NCBI GenBank assembly: GCA_016722375.1
Contig: JADKJG010000008.1
Location: forward strand, 33,081 to 97,080
DNA from: Bacteroidota bacterium
GTDB lineage: Bacteria > Bacteroidota > Bacteroidia > Chitinophagales > LD1
DNA: 64,000 nt
Direction: 5' to 3'
Positions 17,826 to 29,321 of the stretch are shown piece by piece. The translations under genes and the position numbers were made by a program. Position 1 is the stretch's first letter. Each line of letters begins with the position of its first letter. The notes beneath the pieces were generated by a model, which was given only the letters and a program-made list of their open reading frames with translations, did not search any database and was not told where the DNA came from.

Positions 17826-18824
17826 TTACCAGCGAATAATAGCGCTTGCCCACATAAAGCCGCTTCCAAAAGCTGCTAGAGCCACCAAGTCACCATCTTT
17901 GATTCTGCCTTCTTCCCAGGCTTCGCAAAGCGCGATACCTACCGAAGCGGCGGTGGTGTTTCCATATTTATGAATGTTGGAAACGATTTTATCGTCCGTC
18001 AGGTTCATTTCCTTTTTGATTGCCGCAGTGATGCGCGCATTGGCCTGATGCGGAACGACTAAGTTCAAATCAGACTCTTTCAAATTACATTCTCTCAGGC
18101 CCTCACGAATCACCTCCGGGAAAAAACGAATGGCATTCATGAACACCAATTTGCCATTCATATAGGGAAGAAATTCCCCTTTATCAATCATCTCTTTCGT
18201 GATTCTTACTTTTTTGCGCCCACCCGGATTTTCCAGATAGAGTTCTTCAGCAAACTTTCCATCACTGTGAATCTTAGTGGTGAGAATTCCTTTACCGGGT
18301 TCATCGGTTGCTTCCAAAACAGCGGCACCGGCACCATCACCAAAAATAACCGCCATGTTGCGACCTCGGTCGCTCATTTCAAATAAGTTAGACTGAACTT
18401 CGGATCCCACCACCAAAACGGTTTTATACATGCCGCTTTTGATAAACTGATCGGCCACAGATAAGCCATAAACAAAACCGCAGCACTGGGCGCGTAAATC
18501 CAAGGCTGCGATGTTTCTGAAAGGCAACTTGCGTTGCAACAACACACCGGAACCGGGAAAGTCATAATCAGGACTCAGGGTAGCCAGAATAATCAAATCA
18601 ACATCTTCCGGTTTTTTGCCAGCGCGGTCTATCGCAATCTGCGAAGCGCGAGCGGCCATCTTAGACACCGAATCATCGCCTTCTTTAAAAAACCTTCTCT
18701 GTTTGATGCCCGTCCGCTCCGTAATCCAATCATCATTGGTATCAAAAAGCTTCGCCAAGTCATGGTTGGTTACTATATTTTCGGGAACATACATTCCCAC
18801 TCCGGTAATTTTACTTGAGGGCAT
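17826..18824 (-). CDS. fabH: beta-ketoacyl-ACP synthase III
   Basis: 332 aa with the active-site context AQCCGFVYGL, HQAN and GNTTAAS. Confidence 0.93.
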   Translation of the reverse strand: MPSSKITGVGMYVPENIVTNHDLAKLFDTNDDWITERTGIKQRRFFKEGDDSVSKMAARASQIAIDRAGKKPEDVDLIILATLSPDYDFPGSGVLLQRKLPFRNIAALDLRAQCCGFVYGLSVADQFIKSGMYKTVLVVGSEVQSNLFEMSDRGRNMAVIFGDGAGAAVLEATDEPGKGILTTKIHSDGKFAEELYLENPGGRKKVRITKEMIDKGEFLPYMNGKLVFMNAIRFFPEVIREGLRECNLKESDLNLVVPHQANARITAAIKKEMNLTDDKIVSNIHKYGNTTAASVGIALCEAWEEGRIKDGDLVALAAFGSGFMWASAIIRW

Positions 18825-18833
18825 AATTAGGGC

Positions 18834-19136
18834 TTACTTCTGAGATAAATATGAATTCGGATCTTTAACAAACTCGTCCTTGCACTCTTTCGAGCAGAAG
18901 CCGTAAATCTTTCCTTCATAAGTGGCCGTATCAGCAATTTGACCTGCTTCTACTTTCATGCCGCAAACGAAGTCTTTGTTGGTCGCCAACGCAGTGACCG
19001 GAATATCTATCGTGGCTTCCATAGGCTTTGGAACCGTGTTGACTTGCTCATCACCAGCCTTGTTTTTCAGCGAATCGCAAGAACTCATGACCAAAAATAG
19101 GCCGGTCAGCATACAAAAAATAATTGCTTTATTCAT
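18834..19136 (-). CDS. YHS-domain lipoprotein
   Basis: The likely start is the ATG at 19136, giving MNKAIIFCMLTGLFLVMSSC. The YHS/TRASH motif is CGMKV...YEGKIYGFCSKECKDEF. Confidence 0.75.
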   Translation of the reverse strand: MNKAIIFCMLTGLFLVMSSCDSLKNKAGDEQVNTVPKPMEATIDIPVTALATNKDFVCGMKVEAGQIADTATYEGKIYGFCSKECKDEFVKDPNSYLSQK

Positions 19137-19293
19137 CCGTTGTAATTTATTGAGGCGTAAAGCTAAACTATAATTGTAAATACCGTAAGCGGTTGGCATT
19201 TTCAAAATCAGGATGGAGCATATCGGAATGAAATTTATCGAATCTTTTTTGGACGATAATTCTTAATGAATCAATTCATACTAATATAGCTCC

Positions 19294-20832
19294 GTGATAG
19301 AGCAAAAGATACTCTTAGTTTCATGCGTTTTATATCTGGCGAGCATTTTTCTTTTTCTGGCAGGGAAGAAGAAATTATCTCTGGCAATTTTGGTGATCGC
19401 TGCTTTCCTCACCCGGTATTGGGCCGCCACATTATTTCCCTATTTGAACGATTGGGATGAGCGCTTTCATGCTTTGGTGGGAAAGAATTTGATTGCTCAC
19501 CCCTGGAAACCAACGATGGTTGAGCGTCCGGTACTGCCCATTGATTTTAAAGATTGGACGGGGAATCATATTTGGGTACATAAGCAACCTTTATTTCTGT
19601 GGCAGATAGCCTTGTCTGTATTTGTTTTTGGAGTGAATGAAATGGCGGTAAGGATGCCGTCTATTGTTTTATCGTCCCTGCTTGTACTCATAACCTATCG
19701 AATTGGAAGCCTCGCATTTAATGAGCGAACCGGATATGTAGGCGGCTTACTGATAGCTACATCGTTTCCGTTAATGATGCTGGTGACGGGAGTTGAAGGA
19801 ATGGATCATAACGATATCAGTTTCATGTTTTATGTTACTGCGTCAATCTGGGCTTGGTTGGAATATGAACAAAGTAAAAACATTAAATGGGTCTGGTTGA
19901 TGGGTGCTTTGGCGGGGGCGGCGGTACTATGTAAATGGGTAACGGGGATGTTGGTTTTTGGAATGTTTGGCTTCGGCCACTTGTTTATTCAAAAAGATTT
20001 CTTCACTCGAAATGTATTCAAGGTCTTGTTGCAAGGGTTGCTGGTTTGCGTATTGGTGGCGCTGCCTTGGCAGATATATATTCTTCTGTCATTTCATCAG
20101 GAAGCTGTCTGGGAATATTCTTTTAGTGCGCGACATTTTTCTGAAGTCCTAGAAGATCACAAACATGCTATTTGGTATTATGTAGAACAAATTACCTCCA
20201 AGTATCAGATGCTGTTTCCCTTTATTATTGTTGGAATAGGTACTTTGGGTTTAAGGAAAGAGAAGTTCAAATTTTCATTCCCCCTATTCATTGGAGTATT
20301 AGCCGTATATATCTTTTTCTCTTTGGCCGCTACGAAATTGCCGGGATATGTGTTGATGGTGATGCCTTTAATGTATTTATTGATTGCCAGCGGATTTGTA
20401 TGGGTGGTTGAATGGCTCTTTGCTCGTCTGCCGGGAAAGGTTTTTCACGCGCTACTTTTTATTCTTCTGAGCCTTGGAGCATACCAAAACCTTCGTCTTT
20501 ATCATATTTTCTGGTCTTCATTGATGGATGAAAGCTACTATGGTCGCAACCGGTTAGCGAAGAAAATCAATACCGAATCGTTTAAGGCAGCAAGACTCAC
20601 TTTGCCCAAGGATTATGTAATAATCTGGTGCAACGGATTCGAGCGAGTGGAATGTATGTTTTATACGGGCAACACCGCGTATAGTCCTATTGAGGAATAT
20701 AAGGTTCAAGATTTACATAGTCGAGGGGTGAAACTGGCTGTCTTTAATCGAGAAGATTTGCCTGATTATATCCGCAACGATAGCTTGATTTTGAAATTGC
20801 CCTATGAAATGAAACTTCGGGTAGCTGATTAA
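19294..20832 (+). CDS. ArnT/PMT-like (GT39/GT83-type) membrane glycosyltransferase
   Basis: 512 aa with a GTG start and many TM helices. The N-terminal loop DWDERFHA is typical of dolichyl/undecaprenyl-phosphate-sugar transferases. Confidence 0.7.
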   Translation: MIEQKILLVSCVLYLASIFLFLAGKKKLSLAILVIAAFLTRYWAATLFPYLNDWDERFHALVGKNLIAHPWKPTMVERPVLPIDFKDWTGNHIWVHKQPLFLWQIALSVFVFGVNEMAVRMPSIVLSSLLVLITYRIGSLAFNERTGYVGGLLIATSFPLMMLVTGVEGMDHNDISFMFYVTASIWAWLEYEQSKNIKWVWLMGALAGAAVLCKWVTGMLVFGMFGFGHLFIQKDFFTRNVFKVLLQGLLVCVLVALPWQIYILLSFHQEAVWEYSFSARHFSEVLEDHKHAIWYYVEQITSKYQMLFPFIIVGIGTLGLRKEKFKFSFPLFIGVLAVYIFFSLAATKLPGYVLMVMPLMYLLIASGFVWVVEWLFARLPGKVFHALLFILLSLGAYQNLRLYHIFWSSLMDESYYGRNRLAKKINTESFKAARLTLPKDYVIIWCNGFERVECMFYTGNTAYSPIEEYKVQDLHSRGVKLAVFNREDLPDYIRNDSLILKLPYEMKLRVAD

Positions 20833-21842
20833 TTGTTCCGGTGCAACAATTTCATTATTTCATCCTTCATCTTCTCTATTCCGAGATTAGTAGCGGCAGA
20901 GATATACAGCACCGGAGGCAATTTAATTGACCTCTTCTTTTTCAAATCCTTCTCTATCATTTTCAATAATTCGGCATCCGCCAAATCGCATTTACTAATG
21001 GCCAGCATCCGGTCTTTCGTCAACAATTCAGGATTGAACTTTTCTAACTCTGAAAGCAGAATCTGATAATCCTTAATAATGTCCGGGCTATCTACCGGAA
21101 CTAAAAATAGCAAGAGCGCGTTTCGCTCAATATGACGCAGGAATCTCAATCCTAATCCTTTACCGTCTGATGCTCCTTCAATGATTCCGGGAATATCAGC
21201 CATTACAAAGCTTTTGCCGCCTCTATAATTCACCATTCCCAGATTAGGCACAAGCGTGGTGAAAGGATAATCCGCAATTTCAGGCCGGGCATTGGATACC
21301 GCTGATATTAATGTGGACTTACCGGCATTTGGAAAGCCTACCAAGCCCACGTCTGCCAACAGTTTCAATTCCAATACTTTCCAACCTTCCTTGCTGGGTA
21401 TTCCCGGCTGCGCATAGGTGGGTGCTTGACGAGTGGGAGAACGGAAATGGTGGTTGCCCCAGCCCCCTTTGCCTCCTTCCATGATGATGTATTCTTGCCC
21501 CTCTTCAGTAATTTCCACCTCTATCTGTCCAGTTTCCGCATCACGTGCTACGGTGCCAATTGGCACCTCAATAATTTTGTCTTCGCCACCTTTGCCCGAA
21601 CATAGGGTGCCTTGCCCTCTATCACCGTCCTCTGCTATTATATGCTTTTGATACTTCAAATGAAGCAGCGTCCACAGTTGCTTGTTTCCGCGCAGAATGA
21701 CATGTCCTCCACGGCCTCCATCACCTCCGTCCGGCCCGCCTTTGGTTATAAATTTCTCCCGGTGAAAATGCGAGGCTCCTGCACCACCTTTTCCGCTTTT
21801 GCAAAATATTTTTACGTAATCAATAAAGTTTTCGGAAGCCAT
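20829..21842 (-). CDS. obg: GTPase Obg/CgtA
   Basis: 337 aa with the Gly-rich Obg fold (GGDGGRGG) and G1 motif GFPNAGKST. Confidence 0.95.
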   Translation of the reverse strand: MASENFIDYVKIFCKSGKGGAGASHFHREKFITKGGPDGGDGGRGGHVILRGNKQLWTLLHLKYQKHIIAEDGDRGQGTLCSGKGGEDKIIEVPIGTVARDAETGQIEVEITEEGQEYIIMEGGKGGWGNHHFRSPTRQAPTYAQPGIPSKEGWKVLELKLLADVGLVGFPNAGKSTLISAVSNARPEIADYPFTTLVPNLGMVNYRGGKSFVMADIPGIIEGASDGKGLGLRFLRHIERNALLLFLVPVDSPDIIKDYQILLSELEKFNPELLTKDRMLAISKCDLADAELLKMIEKDLKKKRSIKLPPVLYISAATNLGIEKMKDEIMKLLHRNN

Positions 21843-21915
21843 AGCATTATTTAGTTTAACGAGGTTTTAGTTTAAAGTCAGATCGGAGTACCATCTATGG
21901 ACTTTTAACTCGCAA

Positions 21916-22490
21916 CTATTTCACCTTATCTATTTCTTTGGAAAGCAACGCAAATATTTCTTCGATGGTTCCCTCACCGACAATTTGTTGTAATTTATGC
22001 TGGTTCCGATAAAAAGAGACCAACGGTTCTGTTTTGTTACGGTATTCAGCCACGCGATTTCGGACAATCTCCTCATTCTGATCATCTGCTCTGCCGGACG
22101 ATTGCCCTCTTTTCAGAATACGAGCAGTAAGCTCTTGCTCAGATACATATAAAGAGAGCACCAATTTAATCGGTGACTTATATTTTTTTAGCAGTTCATC
22201 CAGAGCTTCTGCCTGCTTGACCGTTCTGGGAAACCCATCGAATACAAAGCCTTTAGCCTGTTTGTTGCTACTAGTTTCGATTCAATCATTCCGATAACCA
22301 CTACATCAGGCACTAACGCGCCTTTGTCCATCAGGGTCTTTGCTTCTAATCCCAGATTGGTTTGTGCGGCGATTTCAGCCCGCAACATATCTCCCGTGGA
22401 AAGATGAATCAATCCATACTGTGAAATGATGTTCTCTGCTTGCGTTCCTTTGCCGCTCCCCGGGGGGCCGAATAAAATGATATTGAGCAT
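21916..22490 (-). pseudogene. adk: adenylate kinase interrupted by a frameshift near 22278 (possibly an assembly indel)
   Basis: The N-terminal ORF has the P-loop GPPGSGKGTQ. After MIES the sequence continues in another frame as ETSSNKQAKGFVFDGFPRTVKQAEALD, which joins the 21916..22164 ORF. Confidence 0.85.
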
Positions 22491-22835
22491 GTTTCAGGAT
22501 TATTGGCGGCGAATATAAATAAATAGAAAATTGAACGATATCCAAATTTGCAATGTGGACTATTAAACAAAGAGAATAGGTCGCCATATATTCCTTGAAT
22601 CAAAACTTCGGATGAAATTACCGGCTTGGTTGGCTAACTTTATGAACTGTAAATGATGATTAAACCAAATGCGGTATGGAACTAATTCTTTGAGAAGGAG
22701 AAGTTAATGCTTTTGTGGGTGCTAATGTCGCATTCTATGAATAGAACGATAGGTAGATAACATTATCGGTTATTAACCTAGGTATCAGATTAGTTCTCCC
22801 AAGTAATTCTAATTTCATATCGCATTTGAACACTT

Positions 22836-23300
22836 GTGACAGATAGAAAAATTAAAAATGAGCCAGAGACCGGTTACCGTCTGGTAGGGGTGGCTTCGGC
22901 ACTCAAGGAGTACAGATTCTGTTTTCAACTGAATCAGATATTATGCTGTGATTTCCAGAAACTTAAGGATATTTCATTTGAGACTTCCGATAGCAGCCGA
23001 AATAATCTGTTTGGAGTTTTTAGGGCAGAACGTGAAACAGACGAAATTTGTTTTACGGTATTTGCAAATAAAATCCCCGGAGCATTTCTTCTGCCGGAGG
23101 TTAATAATTTTGATTTTATTGTGCGGGTGGATGGCAGATTTTCTGATGAAAAGATGAAACAAACGACCGATGACCTTCAGGCACTTCCCGACATGTTAAT
23201 GGTTGCAGAAATACCACTGAAAAAAATAAAAAATCGCGAACGGCTCATCTATGAAGAAGAGAAGCCGTCACGCAAATCCTTCAAATCCCAAAAGAGTTAA
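22836..23300 (+). CDS. IPExxxVDY-family-like protein
   Basis: 154 aa with a GTG start: YRLVGVASALKEYRFCFQLNQ and LPEVNNFDFIV, resembling the Bacteroidota IPExxxVDY family. Assigned from memory of the motif only. Confidence 0.5.
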   Translation: MTDRKIKNEPETGYRLVGVASALKEYRFCFQLNQILCCDFQKLKDISFETSDSSRNNLFGVFRAERETDEICFTVFANKIPGAFLLPEVNNFDFIVRVDGRFSDEKMKQTTDDLQALPDMLMVAEIPLKKIKNRERLIYEEEKPSRKSFKSQKS

Positions 23301-23306
23301 GAATTT

Positions 23307-24737
23307 ATGAAAGTACATGTCAATAAAACAAAAATAATAGCCACTTATGGACCTGCTTGCAGCGACATCATTACCATGGAGAAGATGGTAGCTGCAGGTG
23401 TGAATGTTTTTCGCTTCAACATGAGCCACGGGGTGGAATCGGTGCATCTGGAGGGCTTCAATAAGGTGCGGGTCATTAATAAAATGCACAATCTGAATAT
23501 TGCTATCCTTGCCGATTTACAGGGTCCGAAGATTCGTATCGGGCAGGTACGCGACAATATGGAAGTGCTGGAAAAGGATCAACTGGTAGAAATCACTAAT
23601 AAAGAATGTGTTAGTACTTTTAAAAAGATTTTTATCAGCTATGAACGGCTACCTAAAGAAGTAGAGATTGGTGATTCAATATTGATTGATGATGGGAAAA
23701 TTGAATTGCGGGTGATGAAAACAAATCGTCGCAATTCCATTACTGCCAAAGTGATCAATGGTGGAAAAATTAGCAATAACAAGGGTGTTAATCTGCCTGA
23801 TACAAAAACCACGGTTCCGGCTCTGACTCCTAAAGACCAAAAGGATTTAAAGTTTGCTATCAAGAATGGGGCAAACTGGATTGCGCTTTCTTTTGTGCGC
23901 TCACCACAGGATGTGCTGGATCTGAAAAAAATCATCGGCAGAAAGAATTCCTACATGAAGGTGATGGCTAAAATTGAAAAGCCGGAAGCTTTAAAAGAGT
24001 TGGATGAGATAATAAAAGTAGCAGATGGTATTATGATAGCCCGGGGAGATCTGGCGGTCGAGGTGGCTCAGGAGAAAATGCCTATGATTCAAAAAAACAT
24101 CATTCTGCGCTGTATTAAATACGCCAAACCGGTAGTGGTAGCTACGCAAATGATGGATAGTATGATTGAAAACTCAAATCCTACTCGTGCAGAAATTACT
24201 GATGTAGCGAACGCAGTAATAGATGGTGCTGATGCGGTTATGTTGAGTGGTGAAACATCGGTAGGAAAACACCCGGTCAAGGTGATTCAGGTGATGGAAA
24301 AGATTCTAACCAACATCGAACACACCAATATTATCTATGATAAGGAGCAAAAAGCACATCGGTCTTCGGATTCATTTGTCAGTGATGCTATATGCTATAA
24401 TGGTGCCCGTTTAAGTTCAGAGTTGAGTGCCAAAGCGATTGTTGGCATGACTTTTAGCGGATACACCGGTTTCATGCTATCCAGTTTTCGGCCTAAGGCA
24501 GATATATACATCTTCACAGAAAATGCCGACTTGTTGAATTCGCTCAGTTTGTGTTGGGGAGTACGCGCCTTTTACTATGACAAATTTGTAGATACAGACA
24601 CCTCCATACGCGATGTTATCAGGGTTCTAAAAGAAAATAATCTGGTGAAAGTAGGTGAGATTGTTGTCAATATTGGCAGTATGCCATTAGGTGCCAAGGG
24701 AAGAGCCAATATGATTAAGGTTACTCGTGTGGGTTAA
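23307..24737 (+). CDS. pyk: pyruvate kinase
   Basis: 476 aa: KTKIIATYGPA, NMSHG, MIARGDLAVEV, MLSGETS. Confidence 0.96.
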   Translation: MKVHVNKTKIIATYGPACSDIITMEKMVAAGVNVFRFNMSHGVESVHLEGFNKVRVINKMHNLNIAILADLQGPKIRIGQVRDNMEVLEKDQLVEITNKECVSTFKKIFISYERLPKEVEIGDSILIDDGKIELRVMKTNRRNSITAKVINGGKISNNKGVNLPDTKTTVPALTPKDQKDLKFAIKNGANWIALSFVRSPQDVLDLKKIIGRKNSYMKVMAKIEKPEALKELDEIIKVADGIMIARGDLAVEVAQEKMPMIQKNIILRCIKYAKPVVVATQMMDSMIENSNPTRAEITDVANAVIDGADAVMLSGETSVGKHPVKVIQVMEKILTNIEHTNIIYDKEQKAHRSSDSFVSDAICYNGARLSSELSAKAIVGMTFSGYTGFMLSSFRPKADIYIFTENADLLNSLSLCWGVRAFYYDKFVDTDTSIRDVIRVLKENNLVKVGEIVVNIGSMPLGAKGRANMIKVTRVG

Positions 24738-24766
24738 ATCTCACTTTCTCCAATAAATTTAAGGTC

Positions 24767-25717
24767 ATGACTATCAGTGGTTTTACGATGGTGAAAAATG
24801 CGGCCAAACTTTATTATCCCATCAAAGCAGTCATTCAGTCAGTGTTACCTATTGTTGATGAGTTTGTTGTAGCTCTGGGAGATGGCGATCCCGACGATAC
24901 TACTTTGCAGGAAATCAACTCTATTGGCTCATCAAAAATCAAAATCATTCACACCAAATGGGACATCCAATCCTTCCCGAATGGAATGGAGAATGCGCAT
25001 CAGACAGACATTGCTATGAAATCCTGTACCGGTGATTGGCTTTTTTATTTGCAAGCCGACGAAGTGGTTCATGAAAAATATCTAGACACCATTTATAAGA
25101 GGTGTTCAGATTTAAAGGACGATGAGCGAGTTGAAGGACTTCTCTTTAACTATCTGCATTTCTGGGGTGATTACCAGCACTATGCCGTAGCTCATGGATG
25201 GTATCCGTATGAAATCAGAATTGTGAGAAATAAACCGGACATCCACTCTTTTGAATCTGCTCAATCTTTTCGTCGGATTCCGACATTTGATGGCAAAAGC
25301 TACCGTCAGAAAAATGGCGCCTATAAACTAAATGTCGCACCGGTAGATGCTTATATCTATCACTATGGATGGGTGCGGCCACCGCACCTGATGCAAGCAA
25401 AATCAAAGTCTTTGGAGACCATTCACAAAGGCAGTGAGTGGGTTGAGAATAAATATGGAAAGAAAAGCAAGGTGTTCGACTATGGTCCGCTTGGAAGACT
25501 GCCCGTATTTAAGGGAACACATCCCGAAGTGATGAAATCCTTTATTGAGCAATTCGACTGGGCAGGGCAACTCAATTACAAAGAGTTCCCATTGCCGAAA
25601 CGTAGTCTCTTCAAACATGAAAGACTTAAATACAGGTGTCTCAACATCTTTGAACAGAATCTAATGGGAGGGAAGCAAATATTCTCTTACCAAAACTGGA
25701 ACCTCATGAATGTTTAA
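24767..25717 (+). CDS. family 2 glycosyltransferase-like protein
   Basis: 316 aa: SGFTMVKNAAKLYYPIKAVIQSVLPIVDEFVV and a DxD-like QADE. Confidence 0.6.
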   Translation: MTISGFTMVKNAAKLYYPIKAVIQSVLPIVDEFVVALGDGDPDDTTLQEINSIGSSKIKIIHTKWDIQSFPNGMENAHQTDIAMKSCTGDWLFYLQADEVVHEKYLDTIYKRCSDLKDDERVEGLLFNYLHFWGDYQHYAVAHGWYPYEIRIVRNKPDIHSFESAQSFRRIPTFDGKSYRQKNGAYKLNVAPVDAYIYHYGWVRPPHLMQAKSKSLETIHKGSEWVENKYGKKSKVFDYGPLGRLPVFKGTHPEVMKSFIEQFDWAGQLNYKEFPLPKRSLFKHERLKYRCLNIFEQNLMGGKQIFSYQNWNLMNV

Positions 25718-25796
25718 AGCAATTGCCTATCCAGATAGGCTTAAATTTTATTTTTGCCGCTTTATAATTATTCACTAAAACAAATTCACATTCAAT

Positions 25797-26849
25797 ATGA
25801 TAAACGTTGCGTTACTAAAAGAAATATGCGAATTACCCGGCGTACCCGGACATGAACAAAAAGTCCGTGAACTAATTAAGCGCGAACTCAAAGGAATAGT
25901 AGATGACATCAGCGTGGACAATATGGGCAACCTGATTGCTTTAAAGAAAGGCAAGAGCAGCGCGAAGAAGGTAATGGCTGCGGCGCACATGGATGAGATT
26001 GGCTTTATCGTTCATCATATTAATGATCAGGGGTTCCTTCATTTTCATCCACTGGGAGGTTTTGACCCAAAAACACTAACTGCACAGCGAGTGGTAGTCC
26101 ATGGGAAGAAACCAATCATCGGTGTGATGGGCAGCAAGCCGGTTCACCTGATGAAGCCGGAAGAGAAAGGAAAGAACTTGCAACTCACGGATTATTTCAT
26201 TGACCTTGGCATGCCCAAAAAAGAGGTGGATAAAATCGTGTCAATCGGAGATGTAGTAACCCGCGACCGCGAACTGATTGAGATGGGCGATTGCGTGAAT
26301 TGTAAAAGCATTGACAACCGCGTAGCTGTTTTTATTCTAATTGAAACATTGAGAGAATTGAAAGGGAAAACGATTCCATACGATTTCTACGGGGCCTTTA
26401 CGGTTCAGGAAGAGGTTGGTATTCGCGGCGCACAAGTTGCGGCTCACCATATTGACCCACATTTCAGTTTCTGTATTGATACCACCATTGCATTTGACAC
26501 ACCGGGGGCAAAGCCGGAGGAGTGTGTTACCAAATTAGGTGACGGCGTGGCGATTAAGGTGATGGATTCATCTGCTATATGCGACTATCGCATGGTGCGC
26601 TATATGAAAGAGCAGGCTGACAAAGCCAAAATTAAATGGCAACCGGAACTACTGCCTGCCGGAGGAACCGATACTGCCGGTATGCAGCGTATGGCTACTT
26701 ACGGAACCATCGCCGGAGCCGTTTCTATTCCTACCCGCCACATTCACTCGGTGATTGAGATGGCACACAAAGGCGATATCAAAGGCAATGTGGACTTACT
26801 CAAAATTTGCATCAGCAATCTGGATAAATATAACTGGGACTTTAAATAA
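25797..26849 (+). CDS. M42 family metallopeptidase (FrvX/glutamyl aminopeptidase-like)
   Basis: 350 aa: PGVPGHE, AAHMDEIGF, SIDNRVA, VQEEVGIRGA. Confidence 0.88.
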   Translation: MINVALLKEICELPGVPGHEQKVRELIKRELKGIVDDISVDNMGNLIALKKGKSSAKKVMAAAHMDEIGFIVHHINDQGFLHFHPLGGFDPKTLTAQRVVVHGKKPIIGVMGSKPVHLMKPEEKGKNLQLTDYFIDLGMPKKEVDKIVSIGDVVTRDRELIEMGDCVNCKSIDNRVAVFILIETLRELKGKTIPYDFYGAFTVQEEVGIRGAQVAAHHIDPHFSFCIDTTIAFDTPGAKPEECVTKLGDGVAIKVMDSSAICDYRMVRYMKEQADKAKIKWQPELLPAGGTDTAGMQRMATYGTIAGAVSIPTRHIHSVIEMAHKGDIKGNVDLLKICISNLDKYNWDFK

Positions 26850-26852
26850 ATC

Positions 26853-27092
26853 GTGGTGAACTGGACGGAAGAAAATAACGCACTGGAGAAGTCCTTCACT
26901 TTCAAAGATTTCTCTGAGGCGTTTGCATTTATGACTCGCGTTGCTTTGATTGCCGAAAAGATGGACCACCATCCCTATTGGGTGAATGTCTATAACCGCG
27001 TTGAAATCACGTTGAATACACATAGCGCCGGGAATATTGTGACGGAGAAAGACCACAAACTGGCGGCAGCCATTGATAAGCTAGTTTCCTGA
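26853..27092 (+). CDS. 4a-hydroxytetrahydrobiopterin dehydratase (PCD/DCoH)
   Basis: 79 aa with a GTG start: [26 protein letters not shown]...V...L.THS. Confidence 0.8.
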   Translation: MVNWTEENNALEKSFTFKDFSEAFAFMTRVALIAEKMDHHPYWVNVYNRVEITLNTHSAGNIVTEKDHKLAAAIDKLVS

Positions 27093-27122
27093 ATATTTTC
27101 CCCTGAAAGATTTTAATTTGCG

Positions 27123-27154
27123 AGGACGTATCGAAAGATACGTCCTTTGTTTTT
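27123..27154 (+). terminator. rho-independent terminator
   Basis: AGGACGTATC, a GAAA loop, GATACGTCCT, then TTGTTTTT. Confidence 0.85.
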
Positions 27155-27166
27155 GAAACCATCACC

Positions 27167-29266
27167 ATGTATTCCAACGAAGAGCAAAAGCATCTTAACC
27201 AACTCACGGAGCAACTCATTAAATCCTCAGCGGATTTTTCTTTGAAGGAAATAATTGAGTCGCTGCGATATGTCATCAACTATCATGACTGGAGATATTA
27301 TGTCTTGAGCGAACCTCTCATTACCGATTACGATTACGATCAGCTTTTCAAAACTTTAAAAAAACTCGAAACAGAAAACCCGGAACTCACCACTCCCGAT
27401 TCTCCGACGCAGCGTGTCGCTCGGGCTTTGACCGATGAATTTCAATCAGTGAATCATCTCGTCTCGATGTTGTCGCTGGATAACTCTTACAATGTTGAAG
27501 ATCTGAATGAGTTCGATAACCGGGTGAAAGGTTTGACTGGAACAACACAAGTAGAATATTGCGTAGAGCCGAAGTTTGACGGGGCGAGTATTGCTTTGGT
27601 TTACGAAAACGATTTGCTGATACGTGCTGCCACGCGCGGTGATGGAGCGGTGGGCGAAGACATCACCAACAATGCAATGGCTCTAGCTTCTATTCCTTTG
27701 TCGGCTGCTTTTTCCAAGCACGGGATTTATAAAATTGAAATACGCGGTGAAGTGATCATTCAGCGCGATGTGTTTGTGAAGATGAACGAAGAGCGCGCCA
27801 AGAGAGGAGAAAAGACTTTTCAAAATCCACGCAACACCGCCGCCGGTTCGCTGCGCATCAAAGACCCCGCCGAGGTGCGCACTCGCAACCTCGAAGCCAT
27901 TTTATATCACATCAGTTTTGCGGAGGATAAGAACGGCAACAATCTCCTTGCCGGGAAATTAGAATCACATTATCACTGTATCGAGGTGCTGTATCAATGC
28001 GGATTCAAAACTCCGATACGCGAATTGAAAGTGTGCAAAGACATTTCCGAAGCGCAGGCATTTATTGAGACTTGGGATACCAAGCGCCTAGATTTTAAAA
28101 TTGATACCGATGGCATGGTCATCAAGGTGAATGATTTGAAGATGCAGCAGCAATGCGGCAACACTTCGCACCATCCACGCTGGGCTATGGCCTATAAGTT
28201 TCAGGCAAAGCAGGCACAATCGAAATTGCTCCATGTAGAGTTTCAGGTGGGAAGAACCGGTGCCATCACACCGGTGGCGAAGATAGAACCGGTGCCGTTG
28301 GCGGGGGTTACCATTGCCTCTGTTTCGTTGCACAACGAAGATTTTATTCTGGAGAAAGACATACGCATCAACGACACGGTGATTGTAGAGCGCGCCGGTG
28401 AAGTGATTCCTTATATCGTGGGCGTTGTGGCTGACTTACGCGATGGAAATGAAAAGAAGATTGACTTTCCGCGTCAATGCCCTTCCTGCAATGAAGATTT
28501 AATCAAGCCGGAAGAGGAAGCTATATGGCGTTGCGACAATGCCGAGTGCCCCGCACAAGTAGAAGAGCGAATGATTCATTTTGTTTCCAAGGATGCGATG
28601 GATATTGAAGAGATAGGAGCGAAGAGCGTCATCGAGTTTATCCAAAAGGGAATCGTGAAAAAAATTGAAGACCTCTATCGCCTGCCTTATGAGGCGATTC
28701 AGACTTATGATGGCTGGGGAGAAAAATCGGTGGAGAAACTGAAGAAGGGAATTGAAGATTCTAAAGACCGTCCGCTTTGGCGATTGCTCAATGCGCTTGG
28801 TGTGCGCCATGTGGGGGTGACCACTTCCAAAGATTTGACTTCACACATCAAAAGTATTTTCGACCTCGCCAAATTGAGCCTCGAGGATTTGACGAACATA
28901 GAAGGTATTGGCCCGAAAGTAGCGCAGAGTATTCAGGACTTCTTTCATACCGATGCCAATGTAGAATTGCTTCGCTCGCTGAAAGAACTGGGCGTGAACA
29001 CCGACAACCGTCCGCAAGATGCCACTGCCAAAAACAATAAACTGGAAGGCAAAACATTTCTCTTCACCGGCTCGCTGCAACAATTCAATCGCGACCGCGC
29101 CAAACAAATGGTAGAAGAAAACGGAGGCAAACTATTAAGCGGGGTGAGCGCCAACCTCAACTACCTCGTGACCGGTGCCGATGCCGGAAGCAAACTATCT
29201 AAGGCGAAGAAGATTCCTTCTATTCAGATTTTGACTGAGGAGGAGTTTTTGAAGTTGATTGAATAA
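27167..29266 (+). CDS. ligA: NAD-dependent DNA ligase
   Basis: 699 aa with adenylation motif KFDGASI, a Zn-finger (CPSCNEDL...CDNAECPAQ), HhH motifs and a C-terminal BRCT. Confidence 0.97.
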   Translation: MYSNEEQKHLNQLTEQLIKSSADFSLKEIIESLRYVINYHDWRYYVLSEPLITDYDYDQLFKTLKKLETENPELTTPDSPTQRVARALTDEFQSVNHLVSMLSLDNSYNVEDLNEFDNRVKGLTGTTQVEYCVEPKFDGASIALVYENDLLIRAATRGDGAVGEDITNNAMALASIPLSAAFSKHGIYKIEIRGEVIIQRDVFVKMNEERAKRGEKTFQNPRNTAAGSLRIKDPAEVRTRNLEAILYHISFAEDKNGNNLLAGKLESHYHCIEVLYQCGFKTPIRELKVCKDISEAQAFIETWDTKRLDFKIDTDGMVIKVNDLKMQQQCGNTSHHPRWAMAYKFQAKQAQSKLLHVEFQVGRTGAITPVAKIEPVPLAGVTIASVSLHNEDFILEKDIRINDTVIVERAGEVIPYIVGVVADLRDGNEKKIDFPRQCPSCNEDLIKPEEEAIWRCDNAECPAQVEERMIHFVSKDAMDIEEIGAKSVIEFIQKGIVKKIEDLYRLPYEAIQTYDGWGEKSVEKLKKGIEDSKDRPLWRLLNALGVRHVGVTTSKDLTSHIKSIFDLAKLSLEDLTNIEGIGPKVAQSIQDFFHTDANVELLRSLKELGVNTDNRPQDATAKNNKLEGKTFLFTGSLQQFNRDRAKQMVEENGGKLLSGVSANLNYLVTGADAGSKLSKAKKIPSIQILTEEEFLKLIE

Positions 29267-29321
29267 TTAGCTGTGAGCTATTAGATTTTAGAAATTAGAT
29301 TGGGACGATACATATCCTGCC

